UHGV virus genome: UHGV-0334473
DNA: 37,645 nucleotides
DNA from: a virus
Reading direction: 5' to 3' (one strand)
The position numbers and the translations under genes are program-made. Shown one piece after another: positions 35,987-37,645 of the stretch (positions within the stretch are counted from its first letter, which is position 1; every line of letters starts with the position of its first letter). The notes under the pieces were generated by a model, which worked only from the letters and a program-made list of their open reading frames with translations, was not told the DNA's origin and searched no databases.

Positions 35987-36293
35987 TCAACCATCTCCTA
36001 TACGCTTTATTATCAATAGATAATATCATTTTTCGTAATAAAGATAAAAAAATAAGTAAGGCTTCTCATTAAAATATAAAAAAGACAGCCGACCACTGGC
36101 TGTCCTTAGCAGAATATTGAAATAGTGAGCCATCTGTTTTCCGCCAGATAGCTCAACATGTATATGGGTAACGAGTGCAACCTCGCTACTTGAAAAGCTT
36201 AGCATAAGCATGGGTATAAAAAAAGCCGGATTCCTCCGACCTTAATTAATAATTCTGACACAATTATTATATCATAAATGGAGGAATCAATGG

Positions 36294-36761
36294 ATGGTAC
36301 TTTTCGATGTAAAGAAGTATGAGACACCAGAGGCAAAAGATGTGGATATGGATCGCACAAAACATAATGTTGGTGTTTTTCTTTCAGCATATCTGTCAGC
36401 TAGATGTAGTATAGGTCAACCTCGGGAGCCTAAAGTAACGGCATCTTACTCCTTGGTTCCACCTTCTACAGCAAATAATACATTTGAAGCAGAACGAATG
36501 ATGATTGAGAGAGAGGAAGCGCAAGAAGAATTTGAGTACTTGCACAAATTATTTGTTCGTGGCTATTCAGCAATTCAGCATCCGCATAAACCTGATGTAA
36601 CAGAAAGACGGAAAAAGATATTCTATGATCGTTATATCAATGGCATGTCGATTTATGTAACTGCCCAAAGAAATAATACGAGCGAGGAATCTGTAAAAGC
36701 AGAATCAAACAAAATCATCATTCAATTTGCTTCTTCCTTAGAACTGGTTGCTTTTAAGTAG
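36294..36761 (+). CDS. ArpU/RinA-like late transcriptional regulator (sigma region-4-like)
   Basis: 155 aa; size and position typical; C-terminal HTH-like segment. Confidence 0.5.
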   Translation: MVLFDVKKYETPEAKDVDMDRTKHNVGVFLSAYLSARCSIGQPREPKVTASYSLVPPSTANNTFEAERMMIEREEAQEEFEYLHKLFVRGYSAIQHPHKPDVTERRKKIFYDRYINGMSIYVTAQRNNTSEESVKAESNKIIIQFASSLELVAFK

Positions 36762-36774
36762 CCAGTTTTTACAC

Positions 36775-36833
36775 TTTTTATACCCATTTACTACCCAAAA
36801 GCTTTCCTTTTTATACCTTTTTTATACCAATCA
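36775..36833. repeat. three direct repeats of TTTT(T)ATACC downstream of ArpU gene
   Basis: acTTTTTTATACCca / cTTTTTATACCttt / TTTTATACCaatc. Confidence 0.5.
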
Positions 36834-36942
36834 ACTACCTAGCAGATGATTTATTATGGTAGTGTCGAAAGATTAGGAAACAGGACCTCGACAAAATAAA
36901 ATGTAAGGGAGGAAATCTCCCTCATCGTTTAATTAAGCTTCG

Positions 36943-37031
36943 ATAGACAGCAACGGAAATATTAAGAATAAGGATGTGAATTTCAACTCCTTCTAAATTG
37001 TTCTTATTATCTATCATCCGTTGCTGTCTAT
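36943..37031. repeat. 89-bp imperfect palindrome with 15-bp perfect arms (ATAGACAGCAACGGA / TCCGTTGCTGTCTAT)
   Basis: Arms exact reverse complements; inner segments partially symmetric. Confidence 0.55.
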
Positions 37032-37052
37032 TGTTTATCATTGACGGGAACG

Positions 37053-37081
37053 TAGGTTCGTGATATATTATTGCCATAATC
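37053..37081 (+). promoter_or_regulatory. sigma-A-like promoter TTGACG-17-TATATT (with TGa extended -10) flanked by a 10-bp IR ATATCTGCTA...TAGCAGATAT (37093-37167)
   Basis: Consensus-like hexamers; IR copy sits between promoter and the RBS of the 37188 ORF. Confidence 0.4.
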
Positions 37082-37187
37082 CTTATGATTATATCTGCTA
37101 GAAAAGAAGTTTTAGAAAGCGATTGTTTTCTTGACTTCTTTTTGATTTAATTAATATAGCAGATATTCAAATAAGGAGTGTTCATTA

Positions 37188-37645
37188 ATGGTGAATAAAA
37201 AAAGACAAGTAAGATTTGAGTTTTTTCAAGTAAATGGAAAATATCAAGAAGAGGGTAAAGTAGAAAAAGGATTATTTGATTTATATCCATTGGCTGATGA
37301 GATAAATAGAATGAACCAGTTTACTGATAGAGATGTCATCCTTTTTGGAGAAAAAGTTAGAATGGATAGATTTTTCGAAATATCTAGTAGTCCTGAACTA
37401 TACGCGATGCATTTTACTAGATTAAGAAATGATAAACCTGCATATGTTGAACTAAACAATGAAGTATTGAAAGAAATCCCGCTAAATCCTGGTGAATATA
37501 TAGCTGAGGATATTAGTTGTTTGTATGACAGAGAATTATCTGTTTTAATGGTGCAAAGAAATATACATAGTTTATCCCCTTCGGGTATTGAAGAATATTT
37601 TACCGAAATGAGTTCAGACGGGGTAGAAATTGAACTATTGCCAGT
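37188..37645 (+). CDS. hypothetical protein, 5' partial (runs off window end)
   Basis: ATG after AAGGAG; open to the window edge (152 aa and more). Confidence 0.5.
   Translation, partial: MVNKKRQVRFEFFQVNGKYQEEGKVEKGLFDLYPLADEINRMNQFTDRDVILFGEKVRMDRFFEISSSPELYAMHFTRLRNDKPAYVELNNEVLKEIPLNPGEYIAEDISCLYDRELSVLMVQRNIHSLSPSGIEEYFTEMSSDGVEIELLP

Noticed and set aside
1-37645. CRISPR arrays or rRNA genes
   Set aside because: No regularly spaced identical repeats with unique spacers and no rRNA-like conserved blocks seen; only the tRNA and the short regulatory repeats listed.

Overview
The window reads as a nearly complete temperate siphovirus genome from a low-GC Firmicute, with a Lactobacillales/Enterococcus-like sequence style (genus not determinable here). 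It appears to be in phage (attP) configuration, because the lysis module is followed directly by the integrase with no host junction between them.

Gene order from left to right:
- 1-2228: the tail of an operon made of small unknown genes, including a two-gene cassette with a 4-TM membrane protein and a 235-aa gene flanked by duplicated terminators.
- 2387-4637: terminase small and large subunits.
- 4649-9122: portal, SPP1-gp7-like head morphogenesis protein, scaffold and major capsid protein.
- 9372-11460: head-tail connector genes and major tail protein.
- 11460-12004: tail chaperone carrying an A_AAA_AAG programmed -1 frameshift (gpG/gpGT type).
- 12016-14832: tape measure protein.
- 14822-19242: Dit, Tal (with lysozyme-like and CHAP domains) and a BppU-like protein.
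- 19242-20821: three modular tail-fibre genes that share N- and C-terminal junction motifs.
- 20836-21380: XkdW-like and XkdX-like genes.
- 21418-22948: lysis module with a membrane/coiled-coil protein, holin, and a signal-peptide Amidase_2 endolysin.
- 22985-23210: a promoter-driven tRNA(CAT) with a structured leader.
- 23248-23553: an Fst/par-like type I toxin-antitoxin locus. It has a 29-aa hydrophobic toxin, a convergent ~65-nt antisense RNA from a consensus promoter, direct repeats over the toxin start, and back-to-back terminators.
- 23574-23619: a 46-bp imperfect palindrome 5 bp from the integrase stop, which is a strong attP candidate.
- 23625-24977 (-): large serine integrase.
- 25043-26332 (-): a moron encoding a membrane-anchored coiled-coil DUF4041/T5orf172 (GIY-YIG-like) protein.
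- 26419-27589: CI-like S24 repressor and Cro, separated by TTCGGaaaaaCCGAA operators. One perfect operator copy also lies inside the cro 3' end.
- 27602-28762: a tandemly duplicated module of convergent, stop-overlapping small genes (RxTPxYD protein versus DUF2188).
- 29582-33121: YqaJ exonuclease, RecT, replisome organiser and DnaC-like loader.
- 33612-34079: YopX.
- 35735-35986 (-): a small membrane gene on the opposite strand.
- 36294-36761: ArpU-family late regulator.
- 36770-37190: a repeat- and palindrome-rich non-coding region with a sigma-A-like promoter.
- 37188-end: a partial ORF running off the window.

No CRISPR arrays or rRNA were seen. Some self-derived coordinates may be off by 1.
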